Positions 18,971-28,715 are shown, counted from the stretch's first letter. The stretch is 56,361 nucleotides of DNA from Saprospiraceae bacterium (GCA_043754475.1 JAYUUR010000112.1:1-56361), one strand, 5' to 3'. Notes: a model not told the origin generated them from the letters alone. Numbers and translations are program-made.

Positions 18971-20500
18971 ATGACAAAACTCCTTAAATTAGGCTTCTTG
19001 CTGATGTTATGTGTTTCAATTACACTCACGACATCATGCCGTAAAAAAGACAAAAGTTCTACCACTGGTTGGAACTATAACGACCCAAAATGGGGAGGCT
19101 TCGAAAAGAAGAACTACGAAGGTCAAGCAACAGGTCCGAACCTCGTACTTGTTGAGGGTGGTACTTTCAACATGGGTCTGACCGAGCAAGACGTAACATA
19201 TGAGTGGAACAACGTTCCGCGTCGTGTTACTGTTTCATCTTTTTATATGGATGAAACCGAAGTAGCTAATATTGACTACCGCGAGTATCTTTACTGGCTC
19301 GAACAAGTGTATGGTGCACAATATCCTGAAGTGATTCAGAAAGCGTTGCCCGATACACTCGTTTGGCGCGAAGAATTATCTTACAACGAGCCTTTCGTTG
19401 AAAACTATTTTCGCCACCCTTCTTATGATAATTATCCCGTGGTGGGTGTCAACTGGTTGCAAGCAAATGAGTATTGCAAATGGCGTACAGACCGCGTGAA
19501 TGAGATGATACTCATCGAAAGAGGTATCCTTAATCCTGACTTGGAGCAGAAAAACGAAACGGTATTTACAACCGAGACGTATTTAGCTGGTCAATATCAA
19601 GGCAGTGTTCGTAAAAATTTGAAAGACCTTCGCACAGGCACTGAGCGTCAAGTCCGTTATGAAGATGGTATCATGCTACCTTCATATCGCCTCCCAACCG
19701 AAGCGGAGTGGGAATATGCTGCACTTGGTTTACAAGGCAATATGGCTTCTTCTCAAGACGAACGCATCACTGACCGCCGTATTTATCCTTGGAATGGCAA
19801 TACTGTTCGCTACCAACGCCATGATAAAAATCAAGGTGATATCTTAGCTAACTTCAAGCGTGGAGCAGGTGACTATATGGGTATGGCTGGCAATTTGAAT
19901 GATCATGCTTCACATCCTTCACCAGTTCGTCAATATATGCCAAACGATTTTGGTTTATACAATATGGCGGGTAACGTTAACGAATGGGTAGGTGATATTT
20001 ATCGCCCGATGACAAGTTTGTCTTTGCGTGATGCTGATAATCAAGACTTGAACCCTTTCCGTGGTAATGCTTTCCAAACTAAAGTATTGGACGAAAATGG
20101 TAAGCCGGTAGAAAGAGATAGCTTAGGTCGGATGCGTTACCGCGATGTCAAAGACGACGAAGTAGCGAATCGCGACAACTATAAAAAAGCGAAATTATAT
20201 GATTATATGGATGGTGATAAGCAATCAAAATACTTTGAAGACCAACCCATGTATGATTATGGTAAAAAGACTTTAATCAGTGATAAAGCACGTGTTATCA
20301 AAGGCGGTTCATGGGCTGATAGGGCTTATTGGTTGTCTCCAGGTACTCGTCGCTTCAAAGACGAAGACAAATCTGATAGCAAACTCGGTTTTCGTTGTGC
20401 TATGACGCGCAATGGTGGTCCGACAGGGAATGAAGATACGGGCGGCAATAGCTTTAAAAAGTCTAAAAAGAAAAAGACGACTCGTAAGTTCAAAAAATAA
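18971..20500 (+). CDS. gldJ: Gliding motility lipoprotein GldJ (SUMF1/FGE-sulfatase-fold family)
   Basis: 509-aa ORF with a lipoprotein signal (...ITLTTSC), FGE-sulfatase-like blocks (YRLPTEAEWEYAA, GNVNEWV, RVIKGGSW) and a lysine-rich C-terminus. Confidence 0.75.
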   Translation: MTKLLKLGFLLMLCVSITLTTSCRKKDKSSTTGWNYNDPKWGGFEKKNYEGQATGPNLVLVEGGTFNMGLTEQDVTYEWNNVPRRVTVSSFYMDETEVANIDYREYLYWLEQVYGAQYPEVIQKALPDTLVWREELSYNEPFVENYFRHPSYDNYPVVGVNWLQANEYCKWRTDRVNEMILIERGILNPDLEQKNETVFTTETYLAGQYQGSVRKNLKDLRTGTERQVRYEDGIMLPSYRLPTEAEWEYAALGLQGNMASSQDERITDRRIYPWNGNTVRYQRHDKNQGDILANFKRGAGDYMGMAGNLNDHASHPSPVRQYMPNDFGLYNMAGNVNEWVGDIYRPMTSLSLRDADNQDLNPFRGNAFQTKVLDENGKPVERDSLGRMRYRDVKDDEVANRDNYKKAKLYDYMDGDKQSKYFEDQPMYDYGKKTLISDKARVIKGGSWADRAYWLSPGTRRFKDEDKSDSKLGFRCAMTRNGGPTGNEDTGGNSFKKSKKKKTTRKFKK

Positions 20501-20518
20501 AAATTTATAATATTTTTT

Positions 20519-20560
20519 AAAAGTCTCCATTTATCAGTGTGATAAATGGAGACTTTTTTA
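20519..20560 (+). terminator. Rho-independent terminator of gldJ
   Basis: Perfect 17-bp stem aaaagtctccatttatc / gataaatggagactttt (20519-20535 / 20541-20557) with a 5-nt loop, followed by a T run. Confidence 0.85.
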
Positions 20561-20599
20561 ATTTTGTGGAAATCGTTAGACAATTATTTGAAAATAAAA

Positions 20600-21277
20600 A
20601 TGGACAATACTTTTTTAGCACCCCCTCAGTATTTAGGTGAATATAAGCGTTCAGAAAAAGCAGCCATCGCTATTTTGAGCATTTTATACCTCGTCGGTAT
20701 CGCAGGTTTTATATTCAAAATACACCCTAATTTCGCCAAATTGACACCTGTTAATCTAATCATTTCGCTCATTGTGGTTCTCATTTTTCATCCTCAATGG
20801 AATTGGAGAATAGTCTTATTTATCATTATTTGCCCTGTAATCGGTTTTATTGTAGAAATGAAAGGCGTTGAAACAGGTCTAATTTTCGGTCATTATAAAT
20901 ATGGTGAAACGCTTGGCTTAAAGTTCAATGATACCCCCCTCAGTATCGGCGTGAATTGGTTGCTTATCGCATATTGTTCTGCTGCGTTAGTGAGTCATTT
21001 TACTGCTGAAAAAGGCAGCATTATTTTGAAAGCGCTCTTGGCTTCTGCCCTCATGGTGAGCCTTGATGTACTTATTGAACCGATTGCCATGAAAGCTGAT
21101 ATGTGGTCGTGGCAGAACGATGACATACCCATGCAGAACTACCTCGGCTGGTTTTTAACAGCCTTACCCTTGCAGTTATTATTTTTCATTTTAAATAAAT
21201 CGGTTAAAAACAAAGTTGCCGTCGCGTTGTTAATAGCACAGTTCCTTTTCTTTTGGATTCTCAGTTATAAATTTTAA
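20600..21277 (+). CDS. Carotenoid biosynthesis membrane protein (DUF422 / Caroten_synth family)
   Basis: Polytopic membrane protein directly upstream of crtZ (3-nt gap). I chose the ATG at 20600 (MDNTFLAPPQY...) because the track start at 20546 lies inside the gldJ terminator hairpin. Confidence 0.6.
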   Translation: MDNTFLAPPQYLGEYKRSEKAAIAILSILYLVGIAGFIFKIHPNFAKLTPVNLIISLIVVLIFHPQWNWRIVLFIIICPVIGFIVEMKGVETGLIFGHYKYGETLGLKFNDTPLSIGVNWLLIAYCSAALVSHFTAEKGSIILKALLASALMVSLDVLIEPIAMKADMWSWQNDDIPMQNYLGWFLTALPLQLLFFILNKSVKNKVAVALLIAQFLFFWILSYKF

Positions 21278-21280
21278 AAA

Positions 21281-21766
21281 ATGGCAAATTGGTTATTTTA
21301 TACACTCGTAACGCTATCTGGAGTTGTCGGCATGGAGTTCATGGCTTGGTTTACGCATAAGTTCGTGATGCACGGTTTCCTTTGGCAATGGCATGAAGAT
21401 CATCACCGACCGCGCCATGAAAAAGAAGGGTTTTTTGAAAAAAATGACCGCTTTTTCCTTGTATATGCAGTGCCGAGTGCTGCTTGCTATATTTACGGCT
21501 CGGCTACTCAAACGTGGTGGGTTTTCTTTGTGGGCATCGGCATTTCTATTTATGGCTTGATTTATTTCCTCATTCACGACGTTTATATTCATCGCCGTTT
21601 CAATTGGTTCAAACTTTTGGACAATGCGTATTCCCGCGCTATCCTCCGCGCGCATGGTTCACATCATGCGAAGCAAACGAAAAAACACACCGAGTCTTTC
21701 GGACTCTTGGTTATTCACCCTAAGTATTTCAGAAAAAAAATCGCAGTGGAAAAAGAAAGTGGTTGA
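21281..21766 (+). CDS. crtZ: Beta-carotene hydroxylase CrtZ (fatty acid hydroxylase superfamily)
   Basis: 161-aa ORF with histidine boxes HKFVMH, HEDHH, HDVYIH and HGSHH in the CrtZ arrangement. Confidence 0.85.
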   Translation: MANWLFYTLVTLSGVVGMEFMAWFTHKFVMHGFLWQWHEDHHRPRHEKEGFFEKNDRFFLVYAVPSAACYIYGSATQTWWVFFVGIGISIYGLIYFLIHDVYIHRRFNWFKLLDNAYSRAILRAHGSHHAKQTKKHTESFGLLVIHPKYFRKKIAVEKESG

Positions 21767-21780
21767 AGAATATGAGACAG

Positions 21781-21808
21781 AAATGATGATTGATAAATGA
21801 TGATTGAT
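21781..21808. repeat. Perfect 14-nt tandem duplication
   Basis: aaatgatgattgat occurs twice (21781-21794 and 21795-21808), just after the crtZ stop. Confidence 0.9.
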
Positions 21809-21820
21809 GAAATAGACAAA

Positions 21821-21830
21821 CCCCTCAGTA
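21821..21830 (-). repeat. Intergenic copy of the iterated word (CCCCTCAGTA)
   Basis: Exact 10-mer between the tandem duplication and the terminator hairpin. Confidence 0.95.
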
Positions 21831-21837
21831 AAAAGTG

Positions 21838-21875
21838 AAAATGCCGACAAATCAGCTTGATTTATCGGCATTTTT
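21838..21875. terminator. Terminator hairpin between convergent crtZ and lipoprotein genes
   Basis: Stem aaatgccgacaaatca / tgatttatcggcattt (one mismatch) with a 3-nt loop and T5 downstream. Confidence 0.75.
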
Positions 21876-21918
21876 ACATGTGAAAATTTTTTACTTTTCA
21901 TTATTCATTTTTCACTAT

Positions 21919-22311
21919 TTACTCCAACTTCATCTTTACCTTATAATCCTTTTGTGCAATCGGTACATTCACAGTTGGATAAGGCAGTACATTGTAGAGT
22001 ATCGCTTTTTTACCAAATACAGTAACCGTATCCGGTTTGGGCGGATTTGATAAACCCATGACTTTAAGTTTCCGAGTGGTTTGTTCCGAGCCTTTTGTAA
22101 AGGTCAATTTTGCGATTGCCCAACCTGCTTGAATACATGCAGCACCATCAGGGCAACGACTATCCTCGACACTATCCAAACTCACTTTAATATTTGTAAT
22201 CGTCACAGGATTACCTTGTTGGATTTCAAATATTTCATCCAACCCTACTTTTGTTTTATCGCAACTGGATATTACAAAGGTTGTTAAAATTAAAAAAAGC
22301 ATTTTTTTCAT
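21919..22311 (-). CDS. Small lipoprotein of unknown function
   Basis: Likely start is the ATG at 22311 (MKKMLFLILTTFVISSC, a lipobox). I recognised no family. Confidence 0.5.
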   Translation of the reverse strand: MKKMLFLILTTFVISSCDKTKVGLDEIFEIQQGNPVTITNIKVSLDSVEDSRCPDGAACIQAGWAIAKLTFTKGSEQTTRKLKVMGLSNPPKPDTVTVFGKKAILYNVLPYPTVNVPIAQKDYKVKMKLE

Positions 22312-22503
22312 TGCATACAGTTTTTTTATTAATAAAATTTTGATGAAAAATTGCATCTTTTCATCCTCGTTTTCATCAATATAAGACTATTTTTTACTAC
22401 ATTTGGTTGGGATGAAATTGTTAAACGTTTCTTAAAATTATCTCCATTTGAAAAATCAAAAATGAAAATGGGTTTATCAAGTAGAACTTTTATACCTCCA
22501 TCC

Positions 22504-22556
22504 TGCCACGCTCCGCTCGCAGTAACAATTATGCCACGTTCCTCGCAATGACATTT
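22504..22556 (-). repeat. Tandem pair of REP-like units (TGCCACG..TCGCA.T.ACA.TT)
   Basis: tgccacgctccgctcgcagtaacaatta (22504-22531) is followed by tgccacgttcctcgcaatgacattt (22532-22556). The second unit is identical over 25 nt to 511-535. Confidence 0.85.
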
Positions 22557-22579
22557 TTAGGTTTTAAATATATTTTACA

Positions 22580-23719
22580 ATGAAAAAACTCTTCTATTTT
22601 GGCATTTTAGGTTTGATTTTATTTGAAATCGCCAATGTGTATTTCATCATGCCCATGCCTGGCAGTCAAGATATGAACAGCATTGATGCAGCCTATTTTC
22701 TTTATTCATGGCGTTGGGTGTTTCGAGGTTTATTGGGTTTGATGGTAGTTTTAGGTTTGAAATCTGCTTTTTCAAGTTCAAAATGGCTACCCATTTTTCC
22801 AATATTGGGATTAATGGGCATTGCTTATGAAACCAATTTTGAAATGGCAGCCGACACCATGTTTTATCAACCAAAGGTTTTAGAAGTTAAAAATATCCAA
22901 GAAAATAAAGTTGAAAATGACCCCCTCGTCATAGGCGTCACGCATGAGGGCGAAGCCAAAGCCTACCCTATTCAATATCTCGGCTATCATCATCAAGTGC
23001 GCGATACGATTGGAAATAAGCCGATTATGGTCACTTATTGCACTGTTTGTCGCTCGGGGCGCGTGTATGAGCCTATCGTGAATGGGAAATTAGAGAATTT
23101 TCGCTTGGTCGGTATGGATCATTTTAATGCCATGTTTGAAGATAAAACCACTAAAAGTTGGTGGCAACAAGCAACAGGTGAAGCCGTTACTGGCACTTTG
23201 AAAGGCTATCAACTCCCCGAATTTCCTTTTATGCAAACGACTTTGAATAAATGGATTGAGCTTTATCCCAACACTTTAGTCATGCAGCCCGATAAAAATT
23301 TTCAAGTGCAATATGACAGTATGCGGACTTATGAAAAGGGAAAGTTGACGGGGAAATTGACTCGGCGCGACACGGCTTCTTGGAAAGATAAATCGTGGAT
23401 AGTAGGTGTAGAAGTAGGCAAAGTGAGTAGGGCTTATGATTGGAATCTCTTACAAAAAGAGCGCATTATTTATGACGAATTAGATAATCAGCCTATTGCC
23501 CTTATTTTATCAAAAGACAGTTTGAGTTTTGTTGTTTTACAAAGAGTAAATAAAGAACAGACATTTATACTCGTTAATGATACCTTGAAAAGCAAGGAGA
23601 ATAATTATAATTTCGCAGGCACATCATTGAATCCTTCCATTCCACATTTAAAAAGAATAAATGCTTATCAGGAGTATTGGCATAGCTGGCAGACATTTCA
23701 TCCTTTGACTAAAAAATAA
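22580..23719 (+). CDS. DUF3179 domain-containing membrane protein
   Basis: 379-aa ORF with three N-terminal TM helices. These are followed by ...PIMVTYCTVCRSGRVYEP..., the conserved YC..C.SG block of DUF3179. Confidence 0.65.
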   Translation: MKKLFYFGILGLILFEIANVYFIMPMPGSQDMNSIDAAYFLYSWRWVFRGLLGLMVVLGLKSAFSSSKWLPIFPILGLMGIAYETNFEMAADTMFYQPKVLEVKNIQENKVENDPLVIGVTHEGEAKAYPIQYLGYHHQVRDTIGNKPIMVTYCTVCRSGRVYEPIVNGKLENFRLVGMDHFNAMFEDKTTKSWWQQATGEAVTGTLKGYQLPEFPFMQTTLNKWIELYPNTLVMQPDKNFQVQYDSMRTYEKGKLTGKLTRRDTASWKDKSWIVGVEVGKVSRAYDWNLLQKERIIYDELDNQPIALILSKDSLSFVVLQRVNKEQTFILVNDTLKSKENNYNFAGTSLNPSIPHLKRINAYQEYWHSWQTFHPLTKK

Positions 23720-23823
23720 GAATTCAATAAGAAATTAGCTAAACTGTAACTCTCAATATAGAAAGCCGTAAATTTGCTTGAAATTATAAACCCATTCTTC
23801 ATATAAATTATAAAAATTACACA

Positions 23824-25995
23824 ATGAACTTGAAATATAAATTTAGCTTAATTTTATTTATACTACCATTCTTAATTTTTGGTCAAACAGATTCTATTAA
23901 AGAACGTAAACTTCAAAGCCTACTCATAATAGGACAACGTGTAGATATCGAAAGGTTGCCTTCAGTTCAAAATACGTTTATTTGGTCAGGTAAAAAAAAC
24001 GAGGTCATTTCTTTAGTCAATTCGGATGTCAATATTGCTGAAAAAACGGCGCGCCAGATTTTTGCCAAAGTCCCAGGTATTTTTGTCTATGATATGGACG
24101 GGACAGGTAATCAAATGAATATTTCGACTCGTGGGCTTGATCCACACCGTGGCTGGGAATTCAATATTCGCAGCAACGGCATCTTGACCAATTCAGATAT
24201 TTATGCCTACCCAGCCAGTCATTATAGCCTTCCTATGGAAGCTGTGGAACGCATTGAATTGGTTAGAGGAACGGGGGCTTTGCAATATGGCGCACAATTC
24301 GGCGGGATGCTTAATTATGTTCCTAAACAGATTGATACAACGCGACCCCTCAGTCTTGAAACCATCAATTCGGTCGGTACTTATGGTTTGTTTAGCACTT
24401 ACAATGCTATCAGCGGTAAAATTGGTAAATGGGAATATGCTGCTTACTATACAAAACGGGTTTCAAAAGGTTATAGAAAAAATAGTGAAAGTGATTTCAA
24501 TAGCCAAACCGTTATGTTACGTTATAAGCCTAATAAAAATATGAGCATTAAAGCAGAGTTAGGGCGATCAAACTACATTTATCATGTTCCGGGTGGCTTA
24601 ACAGATTCCATGTTTGCCGCCGATGCAAGGCAATCTACGCGCAGCCGAAACTATTTTAATCCTGAAATTTATGTACCATCGGTTCAGTTTGATTGGCAGA
24701 TAAATAATAAGACAAAATTAAGTTGGACAAATTCCGCCGTTTTGGGTGATAGAAGAAGTATATTGTTTGATAGACCTGCAAATGTGGTGGATAAAATTGA
24801 TCCCGTAACCTTGACTTATGCGAATCGCCAAGTGGATATTGACCATTTCAATAGCCGCACTTCTGAATTGCGTTTGTTACATGAATATCGGTTGTTTAAT
24901 AATACCCCCTCAGTATTAGCAGCCGGTGTGCAGTATTTTAACAACGATATGCGTCGTCAACAGTTGGGGAAAGGAACAACAGGGACAGATTTTGATTTAA
25001 CGATTTTGGGTAGTTTTGGGCGTGATATGTATTTGAAAAGTGAAAATATCGCATTTTTTGCTGAAAACAGATTTCAATTATCCCCTAAATTAGTTCTTAG
25101 TGCAGGTATGCGCTTTGAAAAAGGTACTTCTAAAATGTCGGGTGTCATTAATTATTTGCCAAATAGTGATGTGCCAAATGTTATTAAGCATAGTTTTCCA
25201 CTTTTGGGTTTGAATGCCGAATACAAACTCGATAATGAAAAGAATTTTTATGCAGGATTTTCGCAGGCTTATCGCCCTGTTATTTTTAAAGATATTATTC
25301 CTGCGTCTGTTTTTGAAAGGTCTGATAAAAATCTTAAAGACGCCCGTGGCTATAACCTTGAAGCCGGTTTTAGGGGTAAATCTCAACATTTCAAGTGGGA
25401 TTTAGGTATTTTTCAAGTACAATATAATAATCGTCTGGGCAATCAATCGTTGAATGAGAACGGGCAATTTTTGATTTACCGAACCAATATTGGTAACTCC
25501 ATGACGCGCGGTGTTGAGGCTTTTGGCGAATATTCTACTTATATTACTGAGGGGGTACGCTTCTCCATTTTTACTTCAACGTCATATATGGAAGCCAAAT
25601 ATGAAAATGCTCAAATCCGAGTGGGCAATGAAAACAAAAATATCAGTGGTAATCAAGTAGAAAGTGTGCCGAAATGGATTAGTAGAAATGGGGCAACTGT
25701 ACGCTACAATAAACTCAGCATAACTGCACTTTATAGCTACACAGCCGAGAGTTTCGCCGACCCCTTAAACACTGTTAAACCTTCTGCAAACGGTGCTGTT
25801 GGTTTAGTACCGGCTTATGGTTTGTTGGATATAAATGCATCATGGCGTATATCTTCTCAAATACTCTTGCGAATGAGTCTCAATAACGTAACGGATGAAA
25901 AGTATTTTACAAAAAGACCGCTATTCTATCCAGGTCCCGGTATTTGGACTTCAGATGGGCGAGGTGCTAATATTTCAATAGCTTTTAAACTTTAA
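23824..25995 (+). CDS. TonB-dependent outer-membrane receptor
   Basis: 723-aa ORF with a signal peptide, a plug domain (…ERIELVRGTGALQYGAQFGGMLNYV…), a 22-strand-type barrel pattern and a C-terminal ...ISIAFKL. Confidence 0.85.
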   Translation: MNLKYKFSLILFILPFLIFGQTDSIKERKLQSLLIIGQRVDIERLPSVQNTFIWSGKKNEVISLVNSDVNIAEKTARQIFAKVPGIFVYDMDGTGNQMNISTRGLDPHRGWEFNIRSNGILTNSDIYAYPASHYSLPMEAVERIELVRGTGALQYGAQFGGMLNYVPKQIDTTRPLSLETINSVGTYGLFSTYNAISGKIGKWEYAAYYTKRVSKGYRKNSESDFNSQTVMLRYKPNKNMSIKAELGRSNYIYHVPGGLTDSMFAADARQSTRSRNYFNPEIYVPSVQFDWQINNKTKLSWTNSAVLGDRRSILFDRPANVVDKIDPVTLTYANRQVDIDHFNSRTSELRLLHEYRLFNNTPSVLAAGVQYFNNDMRRQQLGKGTTGTDFDLTILGSFGRDMYLKSENIAFFAENRFQLSPKLVLSAGMRFEKGTSKMSGVINYLPNSDVPNVIKHSFPLLGLNAEYKLDNEKNFYAGFSQAYRPVIFKDIIPASVFERSDKNLKDARGYNLEAGFRGKSQHFKWDLGIFQVQYNNRLGNQSLNENGQFLIYRTNIGNSMTRGVEAFGEYSTYITEGVRFSIFTSTSYMEAKYENAQIRVGNENKNISGNQVESVPKWISRNGATVRYNKLSITALYSYTAESFADPLNTVKPSANGAVGLVPAYGLLDINASWRISSQILLRMSLNNVTDEKYFTKRPLFYPGPGIWTSDGRGANISIAFKL

Positions 25996-26002
25996 TCAGG
26001 AA

Positions 26003-26503
26003 TCAACTGAATAATAGAACCCAAAGCCAACTAATTAATTTAAAAATTAAATACAACATACCAATCATCACCGCAAAAAACATCAAAAAAACTACTAAAA
26101 AGCTGCGCTTGGCACTTGGCGGATTTGGGTTTTCAACATAATATTGTTTCAACATTTCTATATTGCGTCGATTGGCTTTAAATTTCAAATCAAATATATC
26201 GCCTAAAATCGGAATCGAGCCAATCGTCGCATCCATCGTAATATTGCCCATCATTTTGAGCAACATACCTATCCCCACACCACGCCGCACAATGGCTAAA
26301 ACAACAACTGACGAAATGCCAAAACTTAACCAATCCCCTACCGTCGGAATCAAACCGATAAGGAAATCAGCACCAAACTTGATATTAGTGAAAGGAATTG
26401 TGAATTTATTATCTAAAAGGGTTGAAATGTTATCAATCCATTTAAATTCAGGATGATGCTTCGGCTGAATAGCTTGTGGGTTTATTTCTTTTTGAACGTC
26501 CAT
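26003..26503 (-). CDS. DUF4112 domain-containing membrane protein
   Basis: 166-aa ORF with ...FTIPFTNIKFGADFLIGLIPTVGDWLSFGIS..., matching the conserved core of DUF4112. Confidence 0.65.
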   Translation of the reverse strand: MDVQKEINPQAIQPKHHPEFKWIDNISTLLDNKFTIPFTNIKFGADFLIGLIPTVGDWLSFGISSVVVLAIVRRGVGIGMLLKMMGNITMDATIGSIPILGDIFDLKFKANRRNIEMLKQYYVENPNPPSAKRSFLVVFLMFFAVMIGMLYLIFKLISWLWVLLFS

Positions 26504-26509
26504 AAAAAA

Positions 26510-27646
26510 TTATTTTTTTATATATCGATTGGATAAAATAAACATGATGACGAATAAAAATAAGGAAAAAAGTAAACCTATTCGCAAACTAAATGCATCC
26601 GCTATATAACCAATGACAGGCGGACCCACAAAAAAACCTGCATACCCAATCGTCGTCGCCATCGCAATCCCAACGCTTGGAGCTACCCCCTCAGTATTTC
26701 CGGCTGTGGAATAGACAATCGGCACTATCGTCGCCAATGATAAGCCGACGATAAAAAAACCTATCAAAACGATAATAGGAATGGCAGTCAAAAGCGCAAT
26801 TGAAAGCCCTACTATTGCAGCTAAACTATTGAAAATCAACATGTTACGCTTGCCATATTTGGCAGTAAAATAATCTCCAAAAATGCGCCCGGTGGTCATA
26901 GCCACAGCGAATGCGCCAAATGTCAATGCTGAAAATGCCTCGCTCTGTCCTATTTCTTTATGCATATACAACGCCGACCAATCGGCAATAGAGCCTTCGC
27001 CCGTCATCCCGCAAAAGGCGATAAAGCCAATAGGCACAATGGCTTTTGTAGGCAAGCGAAACGTAGCCCCCCCCTCAGTATTTAGCTCAATTTTCGACGC
27101 TTCATCGCTAATTAAATTAAAAGCTGCCCATAAAATAACGCTTAAACAGAATATACTGACTACTATAAAATGATTGAAAAGAGCGACCTCAAATTTCGCC
27201 ATCAAAGCCCCACAACCAGCCCCCAAAGCTGTGCCTATGCTCCAAACACCATGAAAAGAGGATAAAATAGGCTTTTTGTAAATGCGTTCCACGTACACGG
27301 CTTGTCCGTTCATGGCTACATCTTCCGAACCGCTCAAGACGCCAAAAAGAAAAAACAGCGCACCGATAAACCATAAATTGGATAAAAGCGGAATCATTAT
27401 TAACAACGAAGCCATCGTTGCACCCGTAAAAATGGTGATGCGGCGGCTGCCGAAAAGCACTGTCAAATAGCCTGCAAATGGCATGGCTGTTATGGCACCA
27501 GCCGCCGAGCAAAGCAACAGCGTACCGAGCGTAGCATGTGAAATATTGTATAGCTTTTCAACTTCGGGCAAACGCGCTACCCAATTGGCATATTGAAATC
27601 CATTTGTAAAGAAAAATAATGCAACGGCTAATCGTTTGATTTTCAT
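26510..27646 (-). CDS. MFS transporter
   Basis: 378-aa ORF with 12-TM-like organisation and a typical MFS N-terminus. It lies 6 nt from both neighbouring genes. Confidence 0.75.
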   Translation of the reverse strand: MKIKRLAVALFFFTNGFQYANWVARLPEVEKLYNISHATLGTLLLCSAAGAITAMPFAGYLTVLFGSRRITIFTGATMASLLIMIPLLSNLWFIGALFFLFGVLSGSEDVAMNGQAVYVERIYKKPILSSFHGVWSIGTALGAGCGALMAKFEVALFNHFIVVSIFCLSVILWAAFNLISDEASKIELNTEGGATFRLPTKAIVPIGFIAFCGMTGEGSIADWSALYMHKEIGQSEAFSALTFGAFAVAMTTGRIFGDYFTAKYGKRNMLIFNSLAAIVGLSIALLTAIPIIVLIGFFIVGLSLATIVPIVYSTAGNTEGVAPSVGIAMATTIGYAGFFVGPPVIGYIADAFSLRIGLLFSLFLFVIMFILSNRYIKK

Positions 27647-27652
27647 AAAGTT

Positions 27653-28174
27653 TTATAATAACAGTTTTTCAATATCCAACCAATTATCCACGCGGTGGTG
27701 TCTGCCAATATCAGCATATATATTATGAGTGGACGTAAAAAGCAGGGTTTGACCAGTGAAATAATCGAGGTTTTTAAAATGATCGTCAATCATAATATCT
27801 GCTTGAATAATGGTTTTTGAACCACAAAAACACATCTGTCGCCAACTGATAAATGGAAAATGTTCACTGAGCCATGCGTGTTTTTCATTGAGGCATTGAG
27901 GAAATTCGGTAGCAGCAGAAACAATAAAAACCTCATATTCAAGATTCAAAGCCTGCATAATACGTTGACTATCAGGCATTACGAGAATATCCCGAAAGAA
28001 CCCCTCAGTAAAAACCCATTTCCGAGCGTTCGGAAAAGCTATAAAATCATTCAGTCCATTCACATCTTCTATTTTTTTCTGCTCGCCTGTTTCGCGCTCA
28101 TGCCAAATGAGAAATTGGGTAGCGACATCCGCCATAACGCCATCCATATCTACGGCGATTCGTTTTTTTTTCAT
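27653..28174 (-). CDS. 5'(3')-deoxyribonucleotidase (NT5C-type HAD hydrolase)
   Basis: 173-aa ORF with the HAD motif I IAVDMDGVMAD and a downstream IDD motif. The size fits NT5C-family enzymes. Confidence 0.7.
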   Translation of the reverse strand: MKKKRIAVDMDGVMADVATQFLIWHERETGEQKKIEDVNGLNDFIAFPNARKWVFTEGFFRDILVMPDSQRIMQALNLEYEVFIVSAATEFPQCLNEKHAWLSEHFPFISWRQMCFCGSKTIIQADIMIDDHFKNLDYFTGQTLLFTSTHNIYADIGRHHRVDNWLDIEKLLL

Positions 28175-28192
28175 GCTATTTATTCTTTACCT

Positions 28193-28555
28193 TCATTTTA
28201 TTTTACCATGAAAACGCAACAAATACTTGTCTGTCTTTTCATTAAAAATGCACAAAATGAGCTTTTTAGTCATTTTATCAGAAGCATCAAACAGGATTTT
28301 AATAGGATTGTGCACATAGCCATTGTCACCAAAAAGGAGAATTTGCTCCTGCTTGGTGGGCAGTCGAAAATGCAATAATTCATCGGCTGTTTGAGGAATT
28401 GGCACATCTTCATATCCCTCTTCCTCTAAAAATGATTTGACCATATCTAAGCTGGCTTGTAAATTAGTACCAGCAAATTTTATTTGATATTGCCAACCAT
28501 CGCTGATGCCACCTTCATAATGGCTACCCTCTTTCGGAAAATCCTCTTTAATCAT
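28193..28555 (-). CDS. Hypothetical protein (first gene of the four-gene operon)
   Basis: 120-aa ORF on the same strand, 18 nt upstream of the nucleotidase gene. I recognised no family. Confidence 0.45.
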   Translation of the reverse strand: MIKEDFPKEGSHYEGGISDGWQYQIKFAGTNLQASLDMVKSFLEEEGYEDVPIPQTADELLHFRLPTKQEQILLFGDNGYVHNPIKILFDASDKMTKKLILCIFNEKTDKYLLRFHGKIK

Positions 28556-28715
28556 TTATTGAAATTAAATTGCAAAATTATTTTATTTAAACAATTTTTT
28601 TTAAAATAAATACATTTTGTTTTTTCCCGAAGGGATTCCTTTGGAAAAAAAATCGGCTTGTCTTAAATCCAATTTAGCATAAATAGCGTTTACTTTGTAA
28701 TAAAAACAAACATAC

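Noticed and set aside
16692-20621. Motif-free stretches (16.7-20.6 kb, 31.8-35.0 kb, 43.4-46.6 kb, 52.5-55.7 kb) taken as evidence of foreign DNA.
   Set aside because: With a mean spacing of about 1.3 kb, several gaps of 3-4 kb are expected by chance among 43 intervals. Some of the gaps cover core genes (secY, rplB). Motif absence alone is not used as evidence.
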